DNA of 64,000 bases from the NCBI GenBank assembly GCA_041689265.1, contig JBDNGP010000028.1, positions 10,516-74,515 on the forward strand, in the 5' to 3' direction. Below the pieces are notes generated by a model. The model was not told the origin of the DNA. It made no database searches and worked only from the letters and a program-made list of their open reading frames with translations. The position numbers and the translations under genes were made by a program. This DNA is from Verrucomicrobiota bacterium. Its GTDB lineage: Bacteria > Verrucomicrobiota > Verrucomicrobiia > Limisphaerales > RI-55. Shown in pieces: positions 40,794 through 51,074 of this stretch (its first letter is position 1; every line of letters begins with the position of its first letter).

Positions 40794-41554
40794 GAGGTTA
40801 CCTTTCCAACCTGACGTCGCGAGTGCTCGGACAGGGCTCGCCGATCAAGCCCCGGAGCGCTTCACCGTTTGAAAGTGGAGGTGGCGCGATCAGGGCAATT
40901 CAACAGACGCCGATGGTCGGAAAAGCCACAGGCGACGCGGCGGGGCAAAGTTCGCCTCATTCGGAATCCGGTCGTGATCTTCAGCCAACAACCTCAGCTA
41001 GAACACGCGATTCATCCCAACAAGATCCGTCCGTTAATCATCGGGCCAGTTCCGGCGAACTTTTGGTGCAGACGGACCCCGGGACGCGCCACCCGTTTGA
41101 GCGAACCCAGTCGTTCGAAAATGACGAGACCGGCCACGATGCTCATCCTTCGGCAGGGTCCGTTCGAACATCGGGCCGCGATTCAGCCGGGCGGTCTGTT
41201 GAACAGCAGACCCCCGCTTCCGAGCAACACGTTGAGCGAAACCGCAAGGAGCGATCGCATGATTCCAAATCACAACCGACGGAACGCGCGGATGCAAAAA
41301 CGATTCAACACGCCAGCATTTCCGAGAATGTTTTGGTTCGACAACCGTTGAATACGAGTTCCGTCAGAGACAAAGCTCACGGTCCGCAAACTCCAAAGTC
41401 AGTACCGGACACGGTTCATATTCACATCGGCCGGGTGGAAGTTCGCGCGCAGTTTCCCCAACCCGTCGCACCACCTCGAACGCCGTCGGCACGCGCGAAC
41501 AAAACGGTATCGCTGGAGGATTATTTGAAGAGTGGAACGGGAGGTGGCCGATGA
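40790..41554 (+). CDS. Low-complexity eCIS-associated hypothetical protein
   Basis: ATGA overlap at both ends; disordered centre; C-terminal VHIHIGRVEVRA...SLEDYL. Confidence 0.75.
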   Translation: MRGYLSNLTSRVLGQGSPIKPRSASPFESGGGAIRAIQQTPMVGKATGDAAGQSSPHSESGRDLQPTTSARTRDSSQQDPSVNHRASSGELLVQTDPGTRHPFERTQSFENDETGHDAHPSAGSVRTSGRDSAGRSVEQQTPASEQHVERNRKERSHDSKSQPTERADAKTIQHASISENVLVRQPLNTSSVRDKAHGPQTPKSVPDTVHIHIGRVEVRAQFPQPVAPPRTPSARANKTVSLEDYLKSGTGGGR

Positions 41555-42840
41555 GCAATTTCCTCGCGATGGGCGCGGTGACGGCGGTGATGCGTGGCTT
41601 GCTGGAAGCGAGTGTCACGCGTCACAACCTTGCCACCATTTTGGGTGCCGCCCCCGAAGTGTCAGCGCTGCCGCCGGACCGGATCACGAGCGCATCCGGA
41701 TCCCCGGACCGCATCAATCTCTTTCTGTTTCAGGCCACCGAAAACGCTGCGTGGCGAAACCAGGGGCAGCCTGCCCGCAACGCGCACGGCGACAGGTCGA
41801 GCAATCCCTACCTCGCTCTTGATCTTCACTATCTGGTGACCGCGTATGGGTCGGCCGATTTTCGGTCAGAAGTTCTGCTCGGGCACGCGATGCATGTGTT
41901 TCACGAAACGCCGGTGCTCACCCGCCAGACCATCACGGATGTTCTCGCATCGCTGACTCCCGGTGCGCTGGCCGACGCGCTGATTTCTGCGGGACTCGCC
42001 AATCAGGTGGAACAGATCAAGATCGTTCCACGCGTGATGAACATGGAGGAGGTTTCAAAAATCTGGACCGCGCTCCAGTCACAGTACCGATCGACCGCCG
42101 CCTATCAGGTTTCCGTGGTGCTGATCCAGTCCGACCATCCTGCCCGGTCCGCGCTGCCGGTGTTGACCCGCGGACTGCCGGTGCCCGCGACCGGCGCTGA
42201 TCAGGGCGTGCAGGTCCAGGCGGGTTTGCTGCCCGCGTTCCCCACCTTGGAATCGCTGACGCCGCCCGCCAGCGCCCCGGCGATCCGGTTGGGCGAACCG
42301 TTGGATCTGCATGGGCATCACCTTTTGGGCAACGCCATGCGCGCCCGGTTCCGGATGGTTCCCGGAACGGAAATCCGCGAGCTGAACACCGAACCCGGCG
42401 CAACCGATTCCGACTTCGCCGTGCAAATACTTTTGAATCCGGGCGACTGGCGGGCCGGGCTTTACGAGGTGAGCGCGCTGACCGAACAGGGTGGAACGGT
42501 CCGGGAAAGCAACCGGTTGCCGGTGGTTCTCGCGCCCCGCCTCGACGCCCTCACAGCGGTGATGAATGGTCCGCAATTGCAATCGATTCAAGTCACCTGT
42601 TCGCCGCCGGTGCGGCCCGGGCAGTCGGTCGTGTTGATTGTCGGTTCGCGCGAACTGCAGACTGAACCGTTCGCGACCGCCACGAACACGTTGACCTTTC
42701 CCGCACCGGCCGCTCCGGCAGCGTTGCCAACCGGCCAACAATGGGTGCGGCTCCGCGTGGATGGCGTGGAAAGCCTGCTCGTGAACTACGCCGCCACTCC
42801 GCCGGAATTCCAGAATTCCCAATCGGTGGTCATACCATGA
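41551..42840 (+). CDS. DUF4255 / Pvc16(Afp16)-like cap protein with C-terminal Ig/IPT-like domains
   Basis: MSNFLA, INLFLFQATENAAWRN, LDLHYLVTAYG, IWTAL...AAYQVSVVLI, VRLRVDGVES. Confidence 0.85.
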   Translation: MSNFLAMGAVTAVMRGLLEASVTRHNLATILGAAPEVSALPPDRITSASGSPDRINLFLFQATENAAWRNQGQPARNAHGDRSSNPYLALDLHYLVTAYGSADFRSEVLLGHAMHVFHETPVLTRQTITDVLASLTPGALADALISAGLANQVEQIKIVPRVMNMEEVSKIWTALQSQYRSTAAYQVSVVLIQSDHPARSALPVLTRGLPVPATGADQGVQVQAGLLPAFPTLESLTPPASAPAIRLGEPLDLHGHHLLGNAMRARFRMVPGTEIRELNTEPGATDSDFAVQILLNPGDWRAGLYEVSALTEQGGTVRESNRLPVVLAPRLDALTAVMNGPQLQSIQVTCSPPVRPGQSVVLIVGSRELQTEPFATATNTLTFPAPAAPAALPTGQQWVRLRVDGVESLLVNYAATPPEFQNSQSVVIP

Positions 42841-44849
42841 AAGGCGACCAGCTTAAATCGTCATGGGCCGACGCCAATCAAAAGGCGTTGATGGCGGAGC
42901 TGGCGTTGATCTGGAACGCGCTTCATCGGGGCACTCAGGATGATCGAGCGGAGAACGGCGGCAAGGAGCAGCGCGAGACGGATACCGCCTTCATGTTGAA
43001 GGAATCGCTCCGTGAAGCGTGCGGTGTCCTGGACGGGCCGACGACGATGGACCGGCTCACGGAATTGTTCGGACTGTCGCGGTTCGAGCGGGCAATTCTG
43101 TTGTTGTGTGCCGGGATCGAACTGGACGGTTCGTTTGCCAGAATATGCGCCGACTTTCAGGAGGACCGGAACCGTCCGCACCCGACGTTCAGTCTGGCCC
43201 TTTCGATTCTCCCGGAACCGCACTGGAGCGCGCTCAGTCCGGGTGCGCCGCTGCGTCACTGGAGATTGATCGAACCGGCCGGGGCCACGCCGTTGACGAC
43301 CGCGCCACTGCGGATCGACGAGCGGATTCTCCACTATCTGACCGGCGTCAACAGTCTCGATGAACGGCTGGTCGGTTATCTGGAGGCCGTTCCGCAGGAG
43401 GAGCCTTTCACCGATTCCGCGCGAGGAATTTCGTTGCAGCTTGCCCGGGCCTGGGCCGGGTCGGGAGGAGCAACCCTGCCCGTGCTCCAACTCTGCGGCG
43501 GCCCGCTCCGGAGCATGCGTAACGTGGCTTCCGCCGCCGCCACATTGACGGGCTGCACCCTCTACACGATGCCGGTGGAGCGCCTGCCCGGATCATCGGT
43601 CGAGTTGGAAATGCTGCAACGGATCTGGCATCGCGAAGCGGTCCTGAGCAACGCCGTGTTGCTCTTGGAATGCCCGCAACGATCGGGCGCGGAGAACCGT
43701 CACGATCTGCCCGTCAAATCCTGGGTCGAACGAAACCGCAGCCCGCTTCTCGTCGCCACGCCGGAACCGATTTCCGGCTGGTCGTGCCCCAGCTTGCGGT
43801 TCGACATCACGAAGCCGACCACCGTCGAACAACGCGCGCTCTGGAAGCATTGCCTGGGCGAAGCTGCCGTGAAACTCAACAGCCAGGTCGAGCGGCTGGT
43901 CAGCCAGTTTGATCTTGAGGCCCCGGCCATTTCGGAAGCCGCCGCCCGGGGATTGTTGCAGCTTCAGGCCGACGGCAAGCCTGTGGAGAAAACCACGTTG
44001 AAAGGCGTTCTCTGGGATACCTGCCGGAACGCCTCCCGGCAACGCCTTGATGAACTGGCACTCCGGATCGAATCGCAGGTGAAGTGGGACGACCTCGTGG
44101 TGCCCGAACGAATCCGCGACGCGCTGCGGGAGATCGCCGTGCATGTGAGCCGTCGCTCCCGCGTGTACGACGAATGGGGGTTCGCCGCGAAATCCAAACG
44201 CGGTCTCGGCATCACCGCCATGTTCAGCGGAGCGAGCGGCACCGGCAAGACACTCGCCGCAGAAGTGCTCGCCAACGAACTTGAACTTGATCTCTACCGG
44301 ATCGATCTCAGCCAGACGGTCAGCAAATACATCGGCGAGACCGAGAAGAACCTGGCCCGCGTATTCAATGCGGCGGAGGAGAGTGGCGCGGTGCTGCTGT
44401 TCGACGAGGCGGACGCGCTGTTCGGTCGGCGCAGCGAGGTGAAGGACAGCCATGATCGCTACGCCAACATCGAGGTGAGCTACCTTTTGCAGCGCATGGA
44501 GGCCTATCGCGGGCTCGCCATTCTGACCACCAACATGAAGGACGCGCTGGATCCGGCGTTTCTGCGGCGCATCCGGTTCATCGTCCAGTTCCCGTTCCCC
44601 GACGACAAATTGAGGAAAGAAATCTGGACGCGCGCGTTCCCGGGAAAAACGCCGACGCGCGATCTGGATCTGCAGCGATTGTCCCGACTGAACCTCGCCG
44701 GGGGCAACATCCGCAACCTGGCGATGAACGCGGCCTTTCTCGCGGCGGACAAGGATGAGCCGGTGCAGATGCAACACCTCGTGCGCGCCGCCCGATTTGA
44801 ATTTGCCAAGCTGGAGAAACCCTTTTCAGAAAGTGATCTCGTGGGATGA
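42837..44849 (+). CDS. AAA+ ATPase (Afp15/Pvc15-like)
   Basis: GASGTGKT, VSKYIGETEKNL, LLFDEADALFG, DRYAN, DPAFLRR; start ATG 42837. Confidence 0.93.
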   Translation: MKGDQLKSSWADANQKALMAELALIWNALHRGTQDDRAENGGKEQRETDTAFMLKESLREACGVLDGPTTMDRLTELFGLSRFERAILLLCAGIELDGSFARICADFQEDRNRPHPTFSLALSILPEPHWSALSPGAPLRHWRLIEPAGATPLTTAPLRIDERILHYLTGVNSLDERLVGYLEAVPQEEPFTDSARGISLQLARAWAGSGGATLPVLQLCGGPLRSMRNVASAAATLTGCTLYTMPVERLPGSSVELEMLQRIWHREAVLSNAVLLLECPQRSGAENRHDLPVKSWVERNRSPLLVATPEPISGWSCPSLRFDITKPTTVEQRALWKHCLGEAAVKLNSQVERLVSQFDLEAPAISEAAARGLLQLQADGKPVEKTTLKGVLWDTCRNASRQRLDELALRIESQVKWDDLVVPERIRDALREIAVHVSRRSRVYDEWGFAAKSKRGLGITAMFSGASGTGKTLAAEVLANELELDLYRIDLSQTVSKYIGETEKNLARVFNAAEESGAVLLFDEADALFGRRSEVKDSHDRYANIEVSYLLQRMEAYRGLAILTTNMKDALDPAFLRRIRFIVQFPFPDDKLRKEIWTRAFPGKTPTRDLDLQRLSRLNLAGGNIRNLAMNAAFLAADKDEPVQMQHLVRAARFEFAKLEKPFSESDLVG

Positions 44850-45223
44850 CCCTGACTCCTCAAATCCGATTACCGACTCCCGCCCGGTCCCCGGCGGTGA
44901 AGCCGGGATTTGACGCAACGCCGCAGAATGGCCGTCGACAAACCGCTGTGACCGGCAATGCCGAACCAAACCGCGCGGCGGTTCAAATGCAGATTGATGA
45001 ACTGGTGTTGCACGGGTTCGCCACGTCGCAACGTCACGCGATCAAGGACGCGGTTGAGCAGGAACTCACCCGGCAACTTTCCCTTCGCCGGGTTTCAGCG
45101 CCGGACGCGGACCGGTCCATTCCGTTTGTTGATGCCGGGCGTCTCAGTTTATCCAACGAGCTGACATCCGCCGAGATCGGTCGGCGCATCGCCAAAGCGA
45201 TACTGGGAGGGATGTTGCCATGA
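44846..45223 (+). CDS. Small eCIS-associated hypothetical protein
   Basis: Translationally coupled on both sides; VQMQIDELVLHGF...IGRRIAKAI. Confidence 0.7.
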   Translation: MTLTPQIRLPTPARSPAVKPGFDATPQNGRRQTAVTGNAEPNRAAVQMQIDELVLHGFATSQRHAIKDAVEQELTRQLSLRRVSAPDADRSIPFVDAGRLSLSNELTSAEIGRRIAKAILGGMLP

Positions 45224-48200
45224 AGACTGCCAGTCATGTCGCCCACGCCAATTCCGAATCATCGACCGCCAGCTCGAATCCGTCGCTGGTTCAGACGTCA
45301 TTGCTGCAACGCAAGTGCGCGTGCGGAGGTTCCGCCGGTGCCGGTGGCGAATGCGAGAGCTGCACGAAAAACAAGAGCCTCGGAATGCAGACGAAGTTGC
45401 GCATCAACGAACCCGGCGACGCTCACGAACAGGAGGCGGATCGGTTGGCCGATGCGGTGGTTCGCGGCGGACCCGTTTCGTTGTCCGCGTCGCAGCCTTC
45501 GCTGAGCGTGCAGCGAAAAGATCCCGGAGCCATCGCCGCGCCCAAGGCGGAAGAAACCTCCGAGGAGGACAAGTATAAGGAAGCCGCCAAGAAGATCGGC
45601 GAGGCCTTTCTGGAAACCGAACAGGGGAAGGCGCTCAAGGACGGCGCGTTGAAGGTTGGCGAAAAATTTGTCGAAACTGTCGAGGGCAAGGTGATCGCCG
45701 GGACCGCGCTGGGCGGCGCATTGACCGCGATCATCGCGAGCAATTCCGAACTGCCGGTTCCCATTCCGGAGATCCCGCTGGATTTCATTTCGAAGGGATT
45801 GAAGGCGAAGATCACTTATGAAGGGCCGGTTCAAAAACCCACCAACGTCTCGCTTGTCCTCACCACGGCGGGCGGCGTGAGTGCGGGCGGTTATTACAAG
45901 TATGCGGAAGCAGCCGACGGCAAGCCCGAGGACTATCAGGCGGGCCTGAGTCTTTCCATTCCACTTGGTCCAACGGCACCGACCAAACCGGGTCCGTCGG
46001 AAAAGGAGAAATTCCGTTCCAAGACCGCGCGAATGGCCGAGGACCAGCGAAAGTTTCGCGAATCGATGAAAACTCCGCAACAAAGAGCGGAGGAAAAGGA
46101 TTTTGTGATGAACTACGTCCTGTCCCAGCAGCGCGGAACTTTGCCGGGCACTCTGCCGGGATTGAGGCCGTTGCCCGGTGATTGGGACCCCTCGAAAGAT
46201 CAGGCCAAAAAGAAAAAAAAGGACACTCCGGTTCAACGAAAGGCGACGGGCAACAACACCGCGACTTCAAACGTTTCGAGCACCGCACCCGGCGTGGTGC
46301 ATGACGTCGTGCAATCGACCGGACAACCGCTGGACGCCACGAACCGTTCCTTCATGGAATCGCGCTTCGGACATGATTTCGGCAACGTGCGCATTCACGC
46401 CGACAGCCGGGCCGGCGAATCAGCGCGATCCGTCAACGCCTTGGCCTACACAGTCGGCAACCATGTTGTTTTTGATCCGGGCGCGTATTCTCCACAATCG
46501 ACGGAAGGCCGCCGGTTGCTGGCGCATGAATTGACGCACGTGGTTCAGCAGAGCGGCGGTTCGCCGAAATCCGTGCAGCGCCAGAAAAATGCGGACATCT
46601 CGTCTGCGTCGTCCGTGCCCGCCCGAAAACTTCCGGATCACAAGTCCACAGCCCCGAGAATGCGCCGGGTCGACGCGGTGGATGCCGACGGCTTTCCGGT
46701 CACGGAGAATTTCTGCGGCTGCGAGGACACGGTGGACATCATGGAGGAGCGTGTGAAGCGGTCAGTGGACTCATTCAAATCGTGTTACAAACCGGGGATG
46801 TTGGTGAACCGGCTTTACGATTGCGCGAGGCAGCGGCTTTACACGCCATCCGTCGGAGCGAAGCAGGCGTCGACGGTTCCGTCGGCGGCGCACACGTCGT
46901 CCAGTTCCGGAGCCGTCACCTGGCCGGAGAACGCAGAAGTGAAGACAAGGATGGCCGCGCTCGGGCATCGAACGCCTTGCTGGCCGCTGGTTTTTCAGAG
47001 TGTCTATCGACACGAGAAACAGCACGTGGCGGACTTCGATGCGGTGGCAAAGGACATCAATCCGGAATTTTTCGAGTCCTTCAAAAAACTGGAAGGTGAC
47101 GAGGACCGGCTGGAGAAACTCCAGGCCGAAGGTTTTAAAAAGGAGACCGCGCAGTACGAGGCCCAGGCTGTGAACACGTTTACGATGGGACCGGCAAAGG
47201 CGCTTCGGTTTGAACTGAATGCCTACGATGTGGAACTCAGGTTCATCACAAAACTCAGGTCCGCGCTCAGCCAGGTTTGTCGCAAAAAAACACCCCCACC
47301 ACCGCAGCCGGACGTGCCCCGCCCCGAAGTGGAGCATCCGAAACAACCGCCGCTCTGGCCGACCATTCTGGAGAACCGGATCGACTCCGATTCAGGCCCA
47401 GCTTCGGGAGTGGAGATGCAGCGAAAAAGCGCCAGCAACGAAGAAATGTACGCGCGGCCGGACACCGCGCCGCCGATCGTAAACGAGGTTTTGAGCAAGC
47501 AGGGAGCCGCTCTGGATGCACGTGTTCGCGCGGAGATGGAATCACGGTTTGGCCATGATTTTGGCGGAGTGCGTATTCATCAGAATGGACGCGCCGCAGA
47601 ATCCGCGCAGGCCGTTCACGCCTCGGCCTACACGGTAGGTTCGGACATCGTGTTTGATGACGGGAAATACTCACCGCAGTCGACGGAAGGACGCCGGTTG
47701 CTTGCGCATGAACTGACGCATGTGATCCAGCAGAGCGGCGGCAACGGGAAGGCGTCCGGCACGCAAATCGAAGCGGAAGCCGTTCGCAACGCCGACCGCG
47801 TGTTGACGGGCGGGACGACCTCGGTGCGGTCCGGCGCAGGGCCGGGCGAATTGCATCGCGCCCCGGCGGACGATAACAAGGAGATCGATTCGATTCTGGC
47901 GGCAGCCGCGAAGGCCCGCAGCGCAAAGTCTAAGACGGACATAATGATTCATTCGTCGAAGGTGATCTATGAGATGATTGCCCGTTACCTGCCCACCTAT
48001 GGCGGCCGGGTGAGCGGCGGCGATTACGACGCGGCGGTCAAACGCCTCGACGTCAAGGGGTCCGCGGATGGAAAGAACATCGCCATCACCGTCGGCAAGG
48101 ATTTCATCGGGGACGTGACCGATGCACGCGCGCTGAGGCCACTCGCTGCGGAACTTGAGAAGGCATTGGCCGGGACGGGCGTTAAACCGTTGCCCGAGGA

Positions 48201-50016
48201 GGAACCGGAGGTCGGCTCCGTTGCCACAGCCGCCACCCCCGTCCAAGGCGTTCGCACCAAAGGCATCACCTTCAAACGTGATGACCTGAAAGCCGTTGCC
48301 GCGGAGAACTACTGGGAGGCCAAAGTCGGGAAAGTGTATTTCATGATCCACGGACAAACGGCGGGCAAGCGTTTCAGCGCTGATACGGAGGAACACGACG
48401 CGGTCTTTTCCGTGCTGTGGAACGTCCGACCCAAAAAGCTGACAGCGCCAGTGACCAAGCTAATCAACATTCCGTCGCATGACAAATCGGCCGCAGGTGC
48501 CAAGACCGCGCCGCTGTCCTACCGGTTTACTTTCAAGCCCGCCGCCAAAGACACGGCCAATATGCCTTCCGTCGAATTTGAGTTCGTCGCCGAAGGTGCG
48601 GCCACCACCGCAACGACCGCCCCCGCCCCGGCAAAAGGCTACACGCCCCCGGCGCTCGGATTGACACACATCGGTTTTCCCGGTGCGGACATGGACAAAT
48701 ACTGGGCCGCGCATCCGGACGAGCATGGCCAACTCTACAACTGGATCGAGAACCTGGCATCCGATCCGTTCGACCAGATCGTCACCACATCGACCGGCAA
48801 ACCGGCCCAAACCACCACGTTCAAAGTCAAGGGCACAAAGCAATTGGGCAACGTCTCCGGCCTGAAGATCCAGTTTGTGGGCCGCGTGGCACATCAGTCC
48901 GAAGCCGCGCCTGCGGATTACCGCGCCAAAACCGATGTGGGCGATCTGGCGCTCGAAGCGCAGCAGGACAAGGCCAAGGACAAACTCGGAAGAGTGAAGG
49001 TTCCGCGGGATATTTCCACCGCCGAGGCGGCCGAGGTGAAATTCTTGGTGGCCGCGTATTTTAAGGACGGCACCCGCAATGCAGAAGTGGACGTGCTGGT
49101 GCCCGCGCTGGATACCGGCGGCGAAGTGATGTACACGTTCCGGTTCCTCCCCGGCAACGACGTGGAAACCGTCCGAGTCGGCGAGCCGAAGAAGGGCACC
49201 CGGCTTGACCGTGACCGACTGGACGCCGGTCGTTCGCCGGAGTTCCTGAGTCTCTACAAGGCGAAGGATGTGACCGGCCTCGCCGCGCACATCAAGAAGC
49301 GTTATCCGGGCGCGGCGATCAGCGGCAAGACGGTCGCCGACCTTCGGTTGGTGCTCAACAAGGAAATCACGGCCCACGCGGGCGACGTGTCTTGGTTCAA
49401 GGACAACTATGATCTGAGCATACTGGACAGTACGGACGCGGAAACCCGCTTGAAGGACAAGCACAGCTTCGCGACCCGGCAGACTGCCGACATGAAAGAT
49501 TTCGCGGGCGACGAATTGCGCCAGCTGGAGGCCACGCTCGAAACCATCAGCCTGGCCGTCCTGGCGCGCTTGAAGGGCGTGCGGCTGGTTCGGCAGACGA
49601 TCGCCATCGAGAAAGACGGGAGAACATTTAAAAAAGTCAAAACACGAACCGGGCGGACGCTGACCAACGGCAGCAACACCACCGTCATCCTTTTTGATCA
49701 GGCCGCGGTCAACGCCGACACTTTGTTCACCGGTGGGCGGCTTGGCGCGTTGTCGACTCCGAGCCTTACATTCGCCCATGAGTTTGGCCATGTGGCCGGA
49801 GACCAAGACGATATCCAAAAGGAATTCAACAAGTTTGTAACAGCCAAGAAGATCAACCCTGTCACGTCCTACGCGGGCTCCGACGCGAGCAAGGAGTTCT
49901 TCCCGGAAGCATTCGCCCTGTTCAGCACGGATCCAGAATGGATGAAATCCAACCAACCGATGCTGTTCACCTGGTTCGAGACACTGTCCACGACCGGCAA
50001 GCCGCCCAAGCCATGA
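45220..50016 (+). CDS. DUF4157 (eCIS core) protein with two DUF4157 copies and additional HExxH domains; candidate effector
   Basis: QRKCACGG, INEPGDAHEQEAD, two MESRFGHDFGxVRIH...AYTVG...LLAHELTHV units, RHEKQH, C-terminal AHEFGH...EFFPEAF. Confidence 0.9.
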   Translation: MKTASHVAHANSESSTASSNPSLVQTSLLQRKCACGGSAGAGGECESCTKNKSLGMQTKLRINEPGDAHEQEADRLADAVVRGGPVSLSASQPSLSVQRKDPGAIAAPKAEETSEEDKYKEAAKKIGEAFLETEQGKALKDGALKVGEKFVETVEGKVIAGTALGGALTAIIASNSELPVPIPEIPLDFISKGLKAKITYEGPVQKPTNVSLVLTTAGGVSAGGYYKYAEAADGKPEDYQAGLSLSIPLGPTAPTKPGPSEKEKFRSKTARMAEDQRKFRESMKTPQQRAEEKDFVMNYVLSQQRGTLPGTLPGLRPLPGDWDPSKDQAKKKKKDTPVQRKATGNNTATSNVSSTAPGVVHDVVQSTGQPLDATNRSFMESRFGHDFGNVRIHADSRAGESARSVNALAYTVGNHVVFDPGAYSPQSTEGRRLLAHELTHVVQQSGGSPKSVQRQKNADISSASSVPARKLPDHKSTAPRMRRVDAVDADGFPVTENFCGCEDTVDIMEERVKRSVDSFKSCYKPGMLVNRLYDCARQRLYTPSVGAKQASTVPSAAHTSSSSGAVTWPENAEVKTRMAALGHRTPCWPLVFQSVYRHEKQHVADFDAVAKDINPEFFESFKKLEGDEDRLEKLQAEGFKKETAQYEAQAVNTFTMGPAKALRFELNAYDVELRFITKLRSALSQVCRKKTPPPPQPDVPRPEVEHPKQPPLWPTILENRIDSDSGPASGVEMQRKSASNEEMYARPDTAPPIVNEVLSKQGAALDARVRAEMESRFGHDFGGVRIHQNGRAAESAQAVHASAYTVGSDIVFDDGKYSPQSTEGRRLLAHELTHVIQQSGGNGKASGTQIEAEAVRNADRVLTGGTTSVRSGAGPGELHRAPADDNKEIDSILAAAAKARSAKSKTDIMIHSSKVIYEMIARYLPTYGGRVSGGDYDAAVKRLDVKGSADGKNIAITVGKDFIGDVTDARALRPLAAELEKALAGTGVKPLPEEEPEVGSVATAATPVQGVRTKGITFKRDDLKAVAAENYWEAKVGKVYFMIHGQTAGKRFSADTEEHDAVFSVLWNVRPKKLTAPVTKLINIPSHDKSAAGAKTAPLSYRFTFKPAAKDTANMPSVEFEFVAEGAATTATTAPAPAKGYTPPALGLTHIGFPGADMDKYWAAHPDEHGQLYNWIENLASDPFDQIVTTSTGKPAQTTTFKVKGTKQLGNVSGLKIQFVGRVAHQSEAAPADYRAKTDVGDLALEAQQDKAKDKLGRVKVPRDISTAEAAEVKFLVAAYFKDGTRNAEVDVLVPALDTGGEVMYTFRFLPGNDVETVRVGEPKKGTRLDRDRLDAGRSPEFLSLYKAKDVTGLAAHIKKRYPGAAISGKTVADLRLVLNKEITAHAGDVSWFKDNYDLSILDSTDAETRLKDKHSFATRQTADMKDFAGDELRQLEATLETISLAVLARLKGVRLVRQTIAIEKDGRTFKKVKTRTGRTLTNGSNTTVILFDQAAVNADTLFTGGRLGALSTPSLTFAHEFGHVAGDQDDIQKEFNKFVTAKKINPVTSYAGSDASKEFFPEAFALFSTDPEWMKSNQPMLFTWFETLSTTGKPPKP

Positions 50017-50046
50017 CGGTGTAGCACTCAAAAAATAACTGTAACC

Positions 50047-50703
50047 ATGTCTTCATTTCCCAATTCACCCCGGCTCCTGAAGGGCGGCATCGTCCTGCTG
50101 GACGGCGAGTCGGGCGCGGTGTTGCGCACGGTCCTGTTGCAGTACAACCCGGACACGTTGTCGCGAACGTTGCAGGTTCAGGGATTCAGCTCGGATGGCG
50201 GCGACCGTTCGGAGTTGTTGCGTTTGAAAGCGCCGCCGGTGGAGACGATCAAGCTGGAGGCCGAGATCGATGCCACGGATCAATTGGAGTTTCCGGACCA
50301 GAACGCCGAGGTCGCCTCATCGGGAATTCAGCCCGCGCTCGCCGCGTTGGAAACCATCATTTATCCAGACAGCGGGAAACTTCAGTCGAATAACGCGCTG
50401 GCGGCCGGCGGCACGCTGGAGATCATTCCGATGCAGGCGCCGTTGACGATTTTTGTCTGGAGCAAAAACCGCGTGATGCCGGTGCGCATCACTGATTTCA
50501 GCATCACCGAAGAAGCGTTTGACACGCAGCTCAACCCGATCCGCGCCAAGGTCAGCCTGGGGCTGCGCGTGTTAAGCGTGAACGACACCGGCTTCGATCA
50601 TCGCGCCGGGAGCCTGTTCATGAGTTATCAGCAGCAGAAGGAGAAACTGGCCGCGCTGCATCACAGCGGCGCGCTGAGCCAGTTGGGAATTTCCAGCCTA
50701 TGA
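50047..50703 (+). CDS. CIS tube-initiator-like protein (Afp7/Pvc7 N-terminal-like)
   Basis: LQYNPDTLSRTL, FVWSKNRVMPVRITDFSITEEAFD...PIRAKVSLGL. Confidence 0.8.
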   Translation: MSSFPNSPRLLKGGIVLLDGESGAVLRTVLLQYNPDTLSRTLQVQGFSSDGGDRSELLRLKAPPVETIKLEAEIDATDQLEFPDQNAEVASSGIQPALAALETIIYPDSGKLQSNNALAAGGTLEIIPMQAPLTIFVWSKNRVMPVRITDFSITEEAFDTQLNPIRAKVSLGLRVLSVNDTGFDHRAGSLFMSYQQQKEKLAALHHSGALSQLGISSL

Positions 50704-51074
50704 ACGATCCGCAAAAATCCATCCAGGAGCTGCTCCAACCCAACGGCGCAAGCTCGCTCCGGTTTCCGCCGACGAGCCGTTATCACGGTGTGGGCGTGAA
50801 GGTGAAGGTGACGCCGGACGGACGGTCCATCGCGTATTTGAAACGCCGACTGGTGCCGGCTCCCGAGCGTTTTGAACTCCTGACGGAACACGAGGTGAAG
50901 CAGGGCGAGCGCCTCGACAACATCACCGCGAAACATCTCGGCGATCCCGAACAGTTCTGGCAGGTGTGCGACGCGAACGGCGTCCTTCGTCCCGCAGAAC
51001 TTGAGGAACCGGGACGCCGGTTGCGCATCACGCTGCCGGAAGGCATTCCCGGAAACGGAGGTGCCGATGGTTAA
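50700..51074 (+). CDS. LysM-like baseplate protein (eCIS)
   Basis: HEVKQGERLDNITAKHLGDPEQFWQVCDAN...LRITLP. Confidence 0.85.
   Translation: MNDPQKSIQELLQPNGASSLRFPPTSRYHGVGVKVKVTPDGRSIAYLKRRLVPAPERFELLTEHEVKQGERLDNITAKHLGDPEQFWQVCDANGVLRPAELEEPGRRLRITLPEGIPGNGGADG

Noticed and set aside
46207-46220. A5-G-A8 run in the DUF4157 gene as a phase-variation site
   Set aside because: The frame is intact and it encodes a poly-Lys linker; the run is too short to support the claim.
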